Assembly (NCBI GenBank): GCA_950097015.1
Contig: CATNEN010000039.1
Span: 11,222,001-11,286,000 of the forward strand
DNA from: Macrostomum hystrix
Lineage: Eukaryota; Animalia; Platyhelminthes
Length of the DNA stretch: 64,000 nucleotides
Direction of reading: 5' to 3'
Below are positions 22,777 to 36,000 of the stretch, piece by piece. A model generated the notes under the pieces. It was not told where the DNA came from and searched no databases. It saw only the letters and a list, made by a program, of their open reading frames with translations. Position 1 is the first letter of the stretch, and each line of letters starts with the position of its first letter. A program made the position numbers and the translations under genes.

Positions 22777-24054
22777 TCAGTCCTGCTTGGTCGTTGTCAT
22801 AGTAATGCTCTGCGCCACAGTCAGCTGAGAATTGACAACCCCGGCGCGCCTTAGGCAAGGCAGGTAGAACACGTAGAAGGCTTTGCGGGTTCCAGTGTGG
22901 AATATACAGTTCAATTGGCTGTTTGCCTTTGTCACTTCCCACAGTGCGTTGCTAAGTATCAGAGCTGAAATCAAGGACAGGTTTTCAGTTTGATCTATCA
23001 TATTCAGATACACCTTGAAGGTAAACTTATCTCACCGCCGAAAAACTTGCGACTCAAAGCTGTGTCAAAGACGTTCAGCTCCGGTTTATAAACTCCAAGG
23101 TGAAGAATTTCTCCAGGTACGCCAAGCAGGAACTGCATGCAGCTCATGGCAGCCAGAATGCCGGTGATTCTCAGCTCTCCAGTCTTCTTTGAGCTGCCCG
23201 CCTGACTGGCTGTTCCTGTCATTTCATTCCTGCTCTTGCGAGCCTGGAACAGGTTCAGAGCCAGTCCGACAGTGGTCAGCAGGCAGGTGAAGTACACAGT
23301 GAACATTGGACGGGCTTCACGAATCGCAGAATGTCCCACATCCAGACAGGAGCCTTGCCGTCAGGTACACATCCTTCTAATGAAAACGCCTTGCAGCAAG
23401 TGGCGATAGCTACCTTGGTTCCATTTATCAGGACTCTATCTGAAACAAGATGGTAGCTGTACGCATCGGCAATGGTTAGAACAAACGACAACAGGAAAGC
23501 GATCAGAATCAATGCGTTGTTCTTTTGTTGGTCAGCACAGACTTTGCCTTCAACGGGAAAGCCACTGTGAGCCACCTGCATACACACGAGAATGCCAGGC
23601 TGATGGTGGAAAAGAATACTGGAAAATAGATCATTCCAAAGGTAAACTTGCACTTGAATTGCATCAAGCTGTAGTACAATGGGTCGCCCGACTCGTAGTT
23701 AAATCTTGCTAAAAATGCGCTGATTTCCTTCTGCTGCGGCATTGAACCGCTGCGTGACTGAAAAAGATCGTAGACCCAATTGATGCAGCAGACGCAGTCG
23801 GCAAAGCACACCAGCAGCATCCAATTAAGAACTTTCCTGTTGTAGGGCTTCTTCACCAGCAGGTAGACCAGAGACAGGATTGTCAAAATATTGTTCGCAG
23901 AGAAGAATGCAAAGAAAAAGAATCCTATTGCAGGGTCCTTCATATTGGCCTCCTCAATGAGCCGTACATGTCCATGATGGCAGTTGAAGTATGTAGAAGA
24001 AAACGTTGGAATGTTGGTAAAAGAACTTTGACTCCTGATGCAAAGCTGCGACAT
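22777..24054 (-). pseudogene. Rhodopsin-like (peptide-receptor-type) GPCR with three frameshifts, intronless
   Basis: TM1 N (ANNIL), TM2 FADC, TM3 C..., CRWLTVAFPLKAK, TM6 FLLGVP, TM7 NSQLNCIF. Consecutive ORF pieces join via shifts near 23523, 23308 and 23012. Confidence 0.7.
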
Positions 24055-24742
24055 AGAAACCGGATTGCTGCTTCTCAGGCGCGGTAAGAGCTATATATGC
24101 ACAATGGTTGGACTTTTACTGTATAAATTCTGCAACGAAAAGTAAAAAGGGCGAAAAATTGATTGTGCTACAATTTTGGAGACATCAGCCCTTCAAATCG
24201 TATATTAGTTCAGCAAAAAGCGTGGTGAAAAAAGTTCTCTCGTGGAAAAGTGTGCAGATTTGTATAATCTAATAGCCTTGGATAAATAGCGAGGCCAGCA
24301 CATTGAATGCTGTTTCCTATCTTACGAGCGTATTTAGAGATGAGCAAATAGCACCACATTACAAATAAAACATCACGTTTAAACAAACAATATTTAATGA
24401 CAACTTCCGTCAAAAAGTACGTCATTAATTTAGTAGAAGTACTCAATTGAGGTCAAGCTGTGAAAAAAGTAATAGTTAAATAAAGTGTCTGTTTGAACAC
24501 AGGTCAGGTCAGAAAGCAAAAAACTGGCGATTGTGCTTGCATAAAAGCAGAATTATTGCCAGTTATGGCTTTGCCACTCGCAACACTGGGCCTGAGTGGG
24601 ACAGTCAGGCAACCACACGGCTAACTGAGCAAATCATTCCCAACCGATTCCATTTGAGCTTGGAAAGCTAATTAGTCTGGTATAAAACGAACAGGAAACG
24701 ACGAAAACGTAGCCCCGGACTCAGAGAAACAGGGAATAGAAT

Positions 24743-26337
24743 ATGCAATCGGTGAGCCTCAAAGCGTCAGATATGTCCATTGCTCCACAGTTAATAAAGT
24801 CTGAAAACAACCGACAAATGGTTCTAGAAGATTTCCCGGCAAATAAAAGTTCGCCCGAGTATCGAGATAGCATGAAGCTGCTGTTCTCACGGAAATATCA
24901 CCTGTTCTCTGAAGCTCTGCAACAGAATCCGGAGCTGCTTGGACACAGCCCATGCCGCTTCTGCGACAGCCTTCCCGACTGCGAGAGCGCTGGAGAGCCG
25001 CCTCGATTGTCACTATTCTGCTTCATCCTGCTGGCGAGAGACAACCATCGAGCTGATCGGCAGTCGAGGCTTGTGGCACTACGCTCGCTGCGCTCTGTTC
25101 CTCATGATCGACTTCTGCTGCTCTAAGCAGGCCTGCTGCACTGACGAGGCGCAACTGGCTCGCTTCTTCCTGAGACTGTCACGCCATCACCAGAACTTCT
25201 GCGTGCGACTGCTGAGCGAGGAGCTGACGGACGAGTGTCTAACACCGCTGGATTACGCGGCTGCTAGAGAGTGTTTCCACCTGGCAGCGACATTCGCCAA
25301 CGCACCTGGATACCTGATGACAGAGCGGGATCATCCGAGCGACTCGAGCCTTCTGGTTGAGGAGGTCGACCTCACCTGCTACTCGAGCGATGGAGGCAAA
25401 AGATTTCTAAAGTCTCCCTTTGTATATTTCTTAAAATTCTCGCAGTCCTTTCTCGGGGTCTTACCTACCACGTGGTCTTACCTGCTTCTTCTACAGCCCT
25501 GCATCTCAGGCTTATTTTAGAAGTGTCGCACATAAAGACGTATCACTAAGAATGGTTATTATTTTAGCAATTTTCTATTTGCTACTGTACATATTGCTGC
25601 TGTTCACAATGACTGTTCGAATATTTACAAAGGATACTTTTGATTCTCGGGTTCAGGTGCTGATTCCAGGCGCAGGAAGCTCGAATTTTTCCTACCTTCA
25701 GATTATTCCTCCGTCCGTAGTCGCTGCAGTGAAGTACCTATTCTACTTGCGTGTAGCGTCGCTGGTCTACATTTGGATAATCTGGTTAACTTGGATTTTA
25801 GCTCGCATTGTGGATTCATGCACCCAACTTAAGCTTGTTCGTATACAACAGAGCTTCTTTCGCTCATTCCGTGAGTTTATTTTGATGAGAGGCTGCAGGG
25901 TGCTGGGTGCTTTCTCTGTGATGTTTGTTGTACAGTACTCGGTACTCGCAATCTTCATGGAACAGAGCTTTTTTAGCGACTCCAATAGCTATTATGAGCA
26001 AGATGGGCGAACCTTTGTCGATGGATCGCGACTGCAGGCGATAATCCTATTAAATTACTATTCCTTGTTTTTTCTAGAGCTTTTCTTTATATCTGGTATG
26101 GCTTCACGTCATCAAGTATTTCTTAAATTTCTGTTCTGCTTGAACTCAGCGATTAATCTGACGTTTTTAATATGTTTTCATATGGTAACAACCTCTGCCA
26201 CAATAATCCTCAGCCAGCATTTCATCGAATGTTCAACTTACTCATTCTTCTGTGCTATCGATTATATTGGTCGTTCATTTCGCTTCGTCTTCAGCCTGTC
26301 CAGCTTTCCAGGAATCAGCGACAACAAGACGCAATAA
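24743..26337 (+). pseudogene. Degenerate TRPV-like ankyrin/multi-TM channel fragment
   Basis: LTPLDYAA ankyrin-like motif followed by VDLTCY (cf. the TRPV pre-S1 YDL region), then several hydrophobic segments. Frameshift near 24945, stops at 25518 and 25533, another frame change before 25552. Confidence 0.4.
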
Positions 26338-27647
26338 ATTGAGTCTTCGCAGTAAGAGACCGTCTTTACGGCCGTGAGCCAATTCAGGCCGAGAGTCAAA
26401 ATATATTTAAGTTTAACAGAGCGATAAGGAAGGGGGGTTGGCGGTACGATAACAAGAGTGCGCGACTGAGGGTAGGAGAGGAGGCTAGAACGTGAGCGGC
26501 GGACCAATCAGAGAGGAGGAAAGAAAGAAAGGATAGAGAATGAGAGATCAGCCGCAGAGATAACGAGAGAGAAAGAACTAGATTAAACTGGAGGATGTAA
26601 ACAAGAAAAGTGCAGAGAACGAAAGAGTGAATAGAGGACAGAAGGCAGAGACGAAAGTCGCGACATTACCCTTTGGCCTCAGGTTGTCGCGTTCTTGTTT
26701 GTTGGCGTCGCTATCCTGAACTTTGGCGTCGCTATGCTCACTCAACAAAATTAGCCTTTTGCACAGCAACTGTGAAGTGCGAATGCTAATTCTCCGAACC
26801 TTTTTGGCGCAGCAGTAAATTGTCTTACGGTACAAGGTGTCCAATTTATTGTTTCGTTCTGCAAAGCGTCCACCTGTGATAATGCGGCGAGTTATGTACC
26901 AACTCAACAGGACGGAGCAGTGCGGCGGTTGGGGCAGCAACAGTGGCGCCGACGGCTGCTGCGTGCCGAGTTGCTGCCTGCACTCGTTTCATACTAACTT
27001 GACTGGTGACAATGCTTTTGCGGGCAATCTAACAACCTCAGTTTCTAGTTAGCTGTATATTGTATTGCTCTTACCAGCGTAATGTCTTAAAACTGCTAAT
27101 ATTTTATTGTTTTCAAACTTATTTTCTAGCAGTACTCCTCTCGTAGTTATCCTCCGTTAACTTCTTGTACCTCTTATCAACATTTTTGCTATAGCCCACC
27201 CTATGAATACGTGCTTTTATATATGATATAATATAAATTAGCTACTTTTTCAGGCTTTTACTCGTAGTATGTAAATTCTGGAACGTTTTTGTCTAAATGC
27301 CGAATGGAACTTATCCCAATTTTGCCATTTCTTTGGATGTTTTGTTAAATCAAGTGCAGCACTCAATTTTTAACAACCTTGAGCAAAAAAGAACGGGAAG
27401 AATATAAAAGTCGCAAGCTTGTAGCAACTGTACGCATTGCTAGAAAACATTCCCGTGCTCACAATTTACTTCTGGATAAAACGAATCTCAAAAAAATTGG
27501 ATCGCGTTTTTCGTTTAATAGATTTTGTCTGAACAAAAATAGCTGATTCCAAAAGAAAAGTTTAAAAGAAGAAAAATAGAAAAAATTAAAACAAATTTTT
27601 TTTATCGCAGTCCGCCTGTGAATACTTGTGCCAAGGTTGTGCGCTCA

Positions 27648-29862
27648 TCAGCAAGCCTCAACAAACAGCCTCAGAAGGAAGAGCGCCTCGTCTCCGGGCT
27701 CAAAGGTGCACGGCATAACGGCGTAGCGGCCCGGCGTCACGCGGAACCGGTACACGTGCGTTCGCGACTGCGTGAACGGGCAACTGTCCGCTGCTGCGCT
27801 CAACCTTCTGCCGCCCACGGGTGCCATCACCCGATCTTGGCCAGGCGCCAGACTGTAGAGGAACACCGCCTTAGCCACGTAGTTACGCTCGCCAGACTTG
27901 CGCTGGTCGGGTTCTTCCAGGCTTACCTGCGTGAAATGGGCGAGCACCTGTACTGTTTATCTATAGGTTTATGGGTGATAGGTTACGTAATTAGGCAAAT
28001 CCATGCAGTCGCGTAGCCAGGGGGGCAAGGCCTCAGCCGAGGGCAATTCGCCAATCCGCTGACGAAATTATGTGGCATACAAAACATAGTACGATTAGTG
28101 GCGCCCCGTGATAGTGACGCCCCCGAGTTATGGCGCCCCCAAAAAATGCTCTACGCCACTGGGCAAATCTCAGTGATTTTTTAATCAAGTATACGAGCCG
28201 TAATTCACAGTCACGTCACTCACCAGGCAGGTAGCTTTGTCGTCTTCATCCGTCGGAGAGTCTACGAGTTCCACAGGGAACTGCGGGTTTGTGAAGTGGC
28301 TGTCCCTGTAGTAGGGCTGGCCGCCAGAGGTCAAGCGGCGCTTCCACTCGCCGTAGAACTCGTGACAGCGCCACTCTTTGGTTCCCGGGCCACCGAGTCC
28401 GCCGTCGCCACCATTAGAGCTCGCTGGCAACCCGAAATGAAGGATCGTGACACTACGATAGAACTCGGCAAAGTCCGTGAAGCTCATCCAGAACTCGCCG
28501 TCGTCACGGCTAACCAGCTGAACGGCCCGCTTTTGCTCCTCACTCCAACCGCTGTAGTTGTCTGACCAAGCGCCTCCCCATTCAGTGGAGCCCCACGGGT
28601 TGCGCACTCGAATCAGGTCCACCTTGCGCCACTTGCCGAAAGCGGAGCCATTTTTCACCTGCAGATGTTTTGAAATCTTCTGATAATACATGCACTTTTA
28701 CATTGGAAACCACGGATAGATTGTCACATATAGCGACTTGATATGGGGTGATAAAAATGCAAAGTTTTTAGCCAGTTGCACAGCGCAGCCATTTCGCATT
28801 GCACACAAAGGCTACGTATAGCTGTTCATTCTATGTACATAGGACCGCCGCAGCCACCTCCAGCAAGTGGTGGAAACGTTAGGAAATCAAGTCTCTCGCG
28901 TAAGAACTGAATTTTTATCTAAGATATCAATATATCATAATATCAATTGGCTGAATGAAAATTAGTATTTTTTCTATCGAAGCTTTCGAAGTTAGTCGCA
29001 TCTTTTTCATTGTGTCACTTTCAAAAAGGGTTACATTAATTTGAACTTCAAATCACAGCAATTGGCGTGGTACTGGGGATAAGCCGTCACTTACCTCAAT
29101 GGTCTTCAGCCCAGTGACGGTGTAAGCATGGCTAAACACCAGTCCGTTTCCCATTTCATAGTCGTCTCCGTTGCTGCTAGGCATAGACGATGCGCCCACC
29201 ACCGAGCCTTTCTCGTTCAGACAGCGATCAATGTGCCTGGCAAGCTGCGCCAGCTGGCTCTCGTTGCAATCCTTCAATTTGATTTCCTCGCACAGGCCAC
29301 CCGTCAAGTCGGTCAGGGCTTCGTAAATGATGCCGCCCTCCAGCGCCTCGTAGCAGCCGTACAGTTTGGCCAGCGCCTTCTCCAACAGGCAGACCCAGAA
29401 CTCGCCATTCAGCGGCTGCGTGTAGACCGGGCTGCCTCCCTTCGTCGGCAATCGATCGTCAACCAGGACCTCAACCTCCTTGCCAAACTTTCGAAATCTG
29501 AATCGAAATGCTCCGCAGTAGGAGGGACCCTCCATCGTCTGGCCTTCCGGCACCACCCTATTGATTATCTCCGTTCTTTCAGCCATGCCAGCCATTGCTG
29601 CGAGAATCCAGCAGTCACCCAGACCACCCTGGGAGATGTCGCATCGAGAGAAGCCCTCTTTGATGAAAGCAGCCTTCGGGTTGATCTGTTTCGGCCGAAG
29701 CCATTTGAACCCGGCACTGCCATTTGATCCGGCGTGTTTGATGGCTCGATCGCTAGCCGGGAACTCCGGATCCTCGTACATTGACCGGCTGCTGCAACAC
29801 GTTTCTAAAATCTGGATGTGCTTCTTCTGCTGCGCTTCCAATTCGTCTACCTCCTCGGACAT
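27648..29862 (-). CDS. Atypical calpain (CysPc + C2-like domain III, no penta-EF-hand)
   Basis: Exons 29862-29095, 28658-28224, 27926-27648 (phase 0). Catalytic QGGLGDCW, HAYTV, RNPWG; LLEKALAKLYG; domain III PGRYAVMPCTFEP...FLLRLF then stop. Confidence 0.92.
28002..28161. mobile_element. hAT (Tip100-like) MITE in calpain intron 2
   Basis: Ends CAGT(C)GCGTAG / CTACGCCACTG; 8-bp direct repeat GGCAAATC at 27994-28001 and 28162-28169; internal GGCGCCCC repeats. Confidence 0.7.
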
Positions 29863-30399
29863 GTTTTCGCGATAGTAATGAAGCGAATGTTTTGCACTTT
29901 GTAGCTGTGTGAACCTTCAGCTCCTAATTGTTCTTTGGTCCTTAAGCAGTGAGCGCGCGAATGAAACAAAATATATTCATCTCTCCACTCTTGAAGGGTC
30001 TGCTGTGAGAGATAAAATATAGCTTCGGCATACGCATTCTATATCTCAACTGTACTGAGCTTCTACCTGTTGCCAGGCGCGCGTCAAAAATGACGAGAGT
30101 TTGGTTGGAAGATCTGCGCATACGAACGTGCAAAGGCCTCTACATCATTTAAGCTCGACTTGTGAATAATTCTCTTTTCTTTTTATTTGTCTCTTTTTCT
30201 CTCTTTTTTTCTCCCCCTTTGCTCTAGTCTTCATTATTTTTTCTCTCTTTTCGATAACCTCTTTGTAACCTTATTTTTTGCAATGCTCAGAAATAGAGTG
30301 TAGTTTTTCGTCTATATTTAATGATGGTGTTGTGCATCTTTATTCAAATTTTAGCAGGCTCTCTCTCCACATTTCATTTTTTATCTCTCTTGGTCGCGT

Positions 30400-30700
30400 G
30401 CTGGGGCGCCATTGGCTGGCCCGGGCTGCCACGCTGATCGGCTTACGTCCTAAATCAGCCAAGGGTTTTCAAACCTCTAGCGAGCGTGTCATTGGCTGTG
30501 TTCGGAAGTCGATCTGGACGCAAGACATTTGCCCCGCCTCCGGGCGTTTATTTTGCGTGTGATTTGAATTCACTTAAACAGCCAAGCGCACTAAAATAAG
30601 AAAAATCACCTGCGTTTGCCTCCGTCCAACGATTGGCCAACGAAACAATGACGCTACGTTTACCCCTCATCAGGTGACGCGTGGGGACTCTCAACTCAAC
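30400..30700. promoter_or_regulatory. GC-rich, CCAAT-box-containing segment between divergently oriented calpain and RalGPS genes (candidate promoter)
   Basis: ATTGG/CCAAT at about 30411, 30491 and 30632; CpG-rich island within AT-rich flanks. Confidence 0.35.
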
Positions 30701-30784
30701 TGTGAACTCTCGCGGTCAGGTACCCTGGGTCGTGAACACTCGCAGTGCGGACCCACACGGGTGTCCGAGCTGAGGGCTTTAAGG

Positions 30785-30870
30785 CAAGGACCACTGGAAT
30801 ACGTCGTTATAGTCTAGTCTAGTCTAGACTAGACTAGAGTCTAGAGTCTAGTCTAGTCTAGTAGTCCTTG
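30785..30870. mobile_element. 86-bp hAT-type MITE with internal (TCTAG)n
   Basis: TIR CAAGGACCACTGGA / TCTAGTAGTCCTTG; perfect 8-bp TSD CTTTAAGG at 30777-30784 and 30871-30878. Confidence 0.8.
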
Positions 30871-32544
30871 CTTTAAGGTCGGGACCTGGGTTTCTCAGGT
30901 CACAGCAATGCGCAGCACAATTTTTGCTGCCAAAGAAAAATAAATCCCTACGAAAATCAATGATATTCAACGAGTTTGCAATATTCGGAGCTTAGCCCAG
31001 TTTTATAGCCTAGTAGTTTTCTTTTGGACTCCTGACGAGATCGAATCTCAACCCATAGGATGATAGGACTTTAAAAAAATACACTTTCTCTTGTGCACCC
31101 AGCTTTAAAATGGGTAACAAAATCACGTGGGATGGAAGTTCGCGAATATGTTTTGCCACCCACTTTACGGATTGAGCAGCAGCTGCACTATAGCTACTGC
31201 CTATTTGGAAGCATGACTGTGCCACGTGTAATCCAAAAAAACTTGGTAGCAATATATATTATTTATCTACAAGTACGTCTTTACTTATAGTATCTGCCAA
31301 CGATACCGACCTGCTCCAGTTCTTGAGTGCATATGGTTTAAAATTAACATGCTGCCTGCAATATTCCACAATAAGATAGTTTCATATAGCATAATTTTAA
31401 GTTAATACGTGGAATAGTTAAACGTAGTGATTTCCGACGAGTCTATAGATTTATAAAAAATTAATTTATAAAAGTTGTAGAAATTAATATACGAGCTACA
31501 TGTCGAAGAGTTGATCCGACATACTCTCGCTTTTTTCGTTGTTTGTTAATATTGTGTTAAGTTTTTGCCTAACAATTTGGCACCAATCCCATATGTAAAA
31601 TTTCTAAAGCGGTACAAATGCTTCAAAGTACTACTTACTGATTGTAGTCCTACAGCAAGTCTAATTTCAAATGTTACAAAGTACTTCTTAATAGGCTTCT
31701 AGGAAAAACTTCAAGAAAATAGTAGAAAATTTTATTTGGAATAGTCGACTTAGAATTAGATCATTTATAAACGCGTTGACATTGACACCAGGCTTGAATA
31801 AATAAATACATGTATTATTAGTTCGCTATTTATAAGTTTAGTTCATTTGACATTATTATGAGTTTTTAAAGTAACTTATTATCTTGAAGTACTGTCATAA
31901 TATTTATCATGCTAATGCCATGGTTTGCCAGCGAAAAAAATGGCATGCAAATTTGATGCCTAATTCAAGGACCACTAGAAGAAGGACAAGACACTTTGTT
32001 TCTTGGAAAATCTATTAAAGGCTAGTTTTTTTTCTGAAAAATCCACTAGTTAACAATATAGATACTTTTTCTAAAGCTTTCATGGTCATGCAAAATAGAA
32101 TAAAAGAACAGTATTGGATGTGTTTCAAATAAAAAGTTTGGACCTATAGACATTATGTCAAATAAACTGATGTTAGGACATTGATAGGCCTACTGACTTT
32201 TTATGCCTATATAGTTATGCCAACATCATTTTGACTTCTTATTTCATGCCAGAAATTTCTCGCATGAACCACATGATGTAGACTATGGTGCATTAAAAGT
32301 GTTTTTAAACAAAAGTTTTCTAATGCCCATTGAGATGGTCCAAATAGACCAAAAGCATTTTTTAATTTTCAATCCTAATATTTCAGACTATTTATTTATT
32401 CCAACATAATCAGGTGAGCAGTCTGGGCATTTGCCTTTTACAACAAGGTCCCTGGGCTTAATTCTATTGCAAGGCCACATTCATTTGGGTTGCAGAGAAG
32501 GCTTGTGATCATGTCATGCAATTTACACCATCGAGGACCAATCT

Positions 32545-32700
32545 CCTAGGCAAGGTGAAAGTGTAAACTGCCTGACAATGAGAAAGTCAGGGCATATGTA
32601 CACAACCCTGTGTGAGTGTGTGCCTGTGTACAGTATCTGTGTATGTAGGCCCTATGCTTAGGAGTCAGTGCAATTGACACAATTGCACATTCGCCTACAG
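32545..32700 (+). mobile_element. SINE family A, 3' fragment
   Basis: gtgtaaactgcctgacaatgagaaagtcagggca...tgcttaggagtcag matches the family A body. Confidence 0.6.
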
Positions 32701-33076
32701 CCCTCCAATAATAATTATTCTTATAAATGCAGTATTTGCTAAAGGCAGTCAAGCTGAAATTGCATTAAAGTGTTACATTTTATTTTATTTTTTCCAGCTA
32801 GTAATTATGTTAACTTTAATTGTTCAGAGTTTGCTGTCTATAGCTGCTATATAATTATGATGTATAAGCATTGCAATATCAATTCAAATGCAACAAGAAT
32901 GCCAAAATAAGGCATCAAGTGTCTGTATGTGCACAAAAGTTGACATTCTGTCAGCTTATTGTTACATTAATGACACCTGCCTGAGTTGGATTGACACCTG
33001 CCAACGTCCTGAAGGTTGGGCTCAGGTGTCTAGAGGCAATTCTCAGCTAACTACGAAAAGAAAATTTGACAGCAAC

Positions 33077-36000
33077 ATGGAACTTAACAGGGTAAGATTT
33101 ATTTCCAAGAAATATGTGTAAGCTAATCACTAGGCTTATGAATAAATTTCAATATGCAACCAACTTCAAGCAAAACCAACCATACTTTATCAACCCATCA
33201 ATCATAATTAATCAACCAATCAACACAAACCAGCCGCTATCAACCCATCAATCACTATTAATCAATCAACACAAACCAGCCACTATCAACCCATCAATCA
33301 CTATTAATCAATCAACACAAACCAGCCGCTATCAACCCATCAATCACTATTAATCAATCAACACAAACCAGCCGCTATCAACCCATCAATCACTATTAAT
33401 CAATCAACACAAACCAGCCGCTATCAACCCATCTATCAATCACTATTAATGAATCAATCAATCAACCGAATTTTATCAGTCAAGTTAGTCAACACTATGT
33501 TGTTAATCGTTACGAACCGATCCTCATCAATAACAATCAATAAATCGCCATCAATAAAACAGGAGTCCCTAGACCGAACAGACGGTCTTGTCAGCTGTTT
33601 CGGTGTTGGCGGTACAGGCTGTGTCTCGAGGACAAAGCGCAGAGACTCATTGCCTAGCCCATCATCGGAGCATTTTTCTGGATTCTTTGCTGAGTCCGCA
33701 GCCTCCGAACTTACTCAACAGCAGCAGCAGCAGCAGCTACTCTCCGATCACGAAAATGTGCTGTTTGAGCTTACCAGGGTACCAGCCGAAGATTTGGCTA
33801 AGGAGCTCACGCTGATATTTATGCGGGACTTTCAGGTCAGACCTAGAATCTCTTACTATCTAAATTTCAAGTCTGAAATTGTTTAAAACCGACTTTTTTA
33901 CTTTTATTCAGTCATCTCGGGTTGAAATCTCTTTTGGAATCAGTTAAACATGGTTTATTTTGCGTTTCAGATCTCCAGTGTGAGTTTTGATCTGTGAGAT
34001 CTCCAGTGTGAGTTTTGATCTGTGAGATCTCCAGTATGAGTTTTGATCTGTGAGATCTCCAGTGTGAGTTTTGATCTGTGAGATCTCCAGTATGAGTTTT
34101 GATCTGTGAGATCTCCAGTGTGAGTTTTGATCTGTGAGATCTCCAGTGTGAGTTTTGATCTGTGAGATCTCCAGTGTGAGTTTTGATCTGTGAGATCTCC
34201 AGTGTGAGTTTTGATCTGTGAGATCTCCAGTATGAGTTTTGATCTGTGAGATCTCCAGTGTGAGTTTTGATCTGTGAGATCTCCAGTGTGAGTTTTGATC
34301 TGTGAGATCTCCAGTGTGAGTTTTGATCTGTGATATCTCCAGTGTGAGTTTTGATCTGTGAGATCTCCAGTGTTAGTTTTGATCTGTTCTGATATCTAAG
34401 TGTGCTCTGAGGTGACTTAATTGTGGTCTCAAATTAGGCCCCAACTGACAACTGTCCGTGCTCAAACAACAGGCCATCACGCCAGACGAGCTCATTGGCC
34501 TGGGCTGGTCCAAGCGTGACAAGCTGACCCGGGCGCCCAACATTGTGAAGTTCACTCTGCTGTTTAATCGCGTCAACTTCTGGGCCCAACGCTGCATCCT
34601 GGAGGCCCGTCAGCTGCAGCACCGGGCTGCTGTCCTGGCCCAGTTCATTCGGCTAGGCAACAAGCTGCTCAAACTGCAAAATCTGCATGCCGCCTTCGCT
34701 GTACTGGCAGCGCTGCAGTCGCAACCAGTCTACCGGCTGAAGCGCACTTGGGCCCTGCTGCCTAGAAAATGCGGCGAAGCATTTCAGCGCCTGGTGGACC
34801 TGTTCTCTGCTGACAATAACCATGATCGGCTGCGGCGCTTCCTTCAGGATGCCCGCCTGCCCATCATCCCTTACCTGGGTGCGTTTGAGGCTTCTGACTT
34901 TCAGGGCTTTCCCTTTACACTAACCTTCAGGGCTTTCCCTTCTCTGACCTTCAGGGCTTTCCCTTTACACTGGCCTTCAGGGCTTTCCCTTCTCTGACCT
35001 TCAGGGCTTTCCCTTTACACTGGCCTTCAGGGCTTTCCCTTTACACTGGCCTTCAGGGCTTTCCCTTCTCTGACCTTCAGGGCTTTCCCTTCACTGACCT
35101 TCAGGGCTTTCCCTTCTCTGACCTTCAGGGCTTTCCCTTCTCTGACCTTCAGGGCTTTCCCTTCTCTGACCTTCAGGGCTTTCCCTTTACACTAACCTTC
35201 AGGTCTTTCCCTTCTCTGACCTTCAGGGCTTTCCCTTTACACTGGCCTTCAGGGCTTTCCCTTTACACTGGCCTTCAGGGCTTTCCCTTCTCTGACCTTC
35301 AGGGCTTTCCCTTCTCTGACCTTCAGGGCTTTCCCTTTACACTAACCTTCAGGTCTTTCCCTTCTCTGACCTTCAGGGCTTTCCCTTTACACTGGCCTTC
35401 AGGGCTTTCCCTTTACACTGGCCTTCAGGGCTTTCCCTTCTCTGACCTTCAGGGCTTTCCCTTTACACTGGCCTTCAGGGCTTTCCCTTTACACTGGCCT
35501 TCAGGGCTTTCCCTTCTCTGACCTTCAGGGCTTTCCCTTCTCTGACCTTCAGGGCTTTCCCTTTACACTGGCCTTCAGGGCTTTCCCTTTACACTGGCCT
35601 TCAGGGCTTTCCCTTTACACTGGCCTTCAGGGCTTTCCCTTTACACTGGCCTTCAGGGCTTTCCCTTTACACTGGCCTTCAGGGCATTCCCTTCACTGAC
35701 CTTCAGGGCTTTCCCTTCACTGACCTTCAGGGCTTTCCCTTCACTGACCTTCAGGGCTTTCCCTTTGTAAAGGCTTTAGTTAGTAGTCGAAAGTAATGCT
35801 CAACTGAACGCTGCCCAGCGGGCGACACGTTATATTTGATGGATCGATATTTTGAAGTGGGGGTACGGCAGGGTAGAGTTGATAGCTGAGCGCGCGTGTA
35901 AGGCGCTGATTGGCTGGAGCGATCAGACACAAAGGGAGGCGAAGTAAACAGTACGCAAGCCTTACACCCTTTACTGATCTTCAGGGCTTTCCCTTCACTG

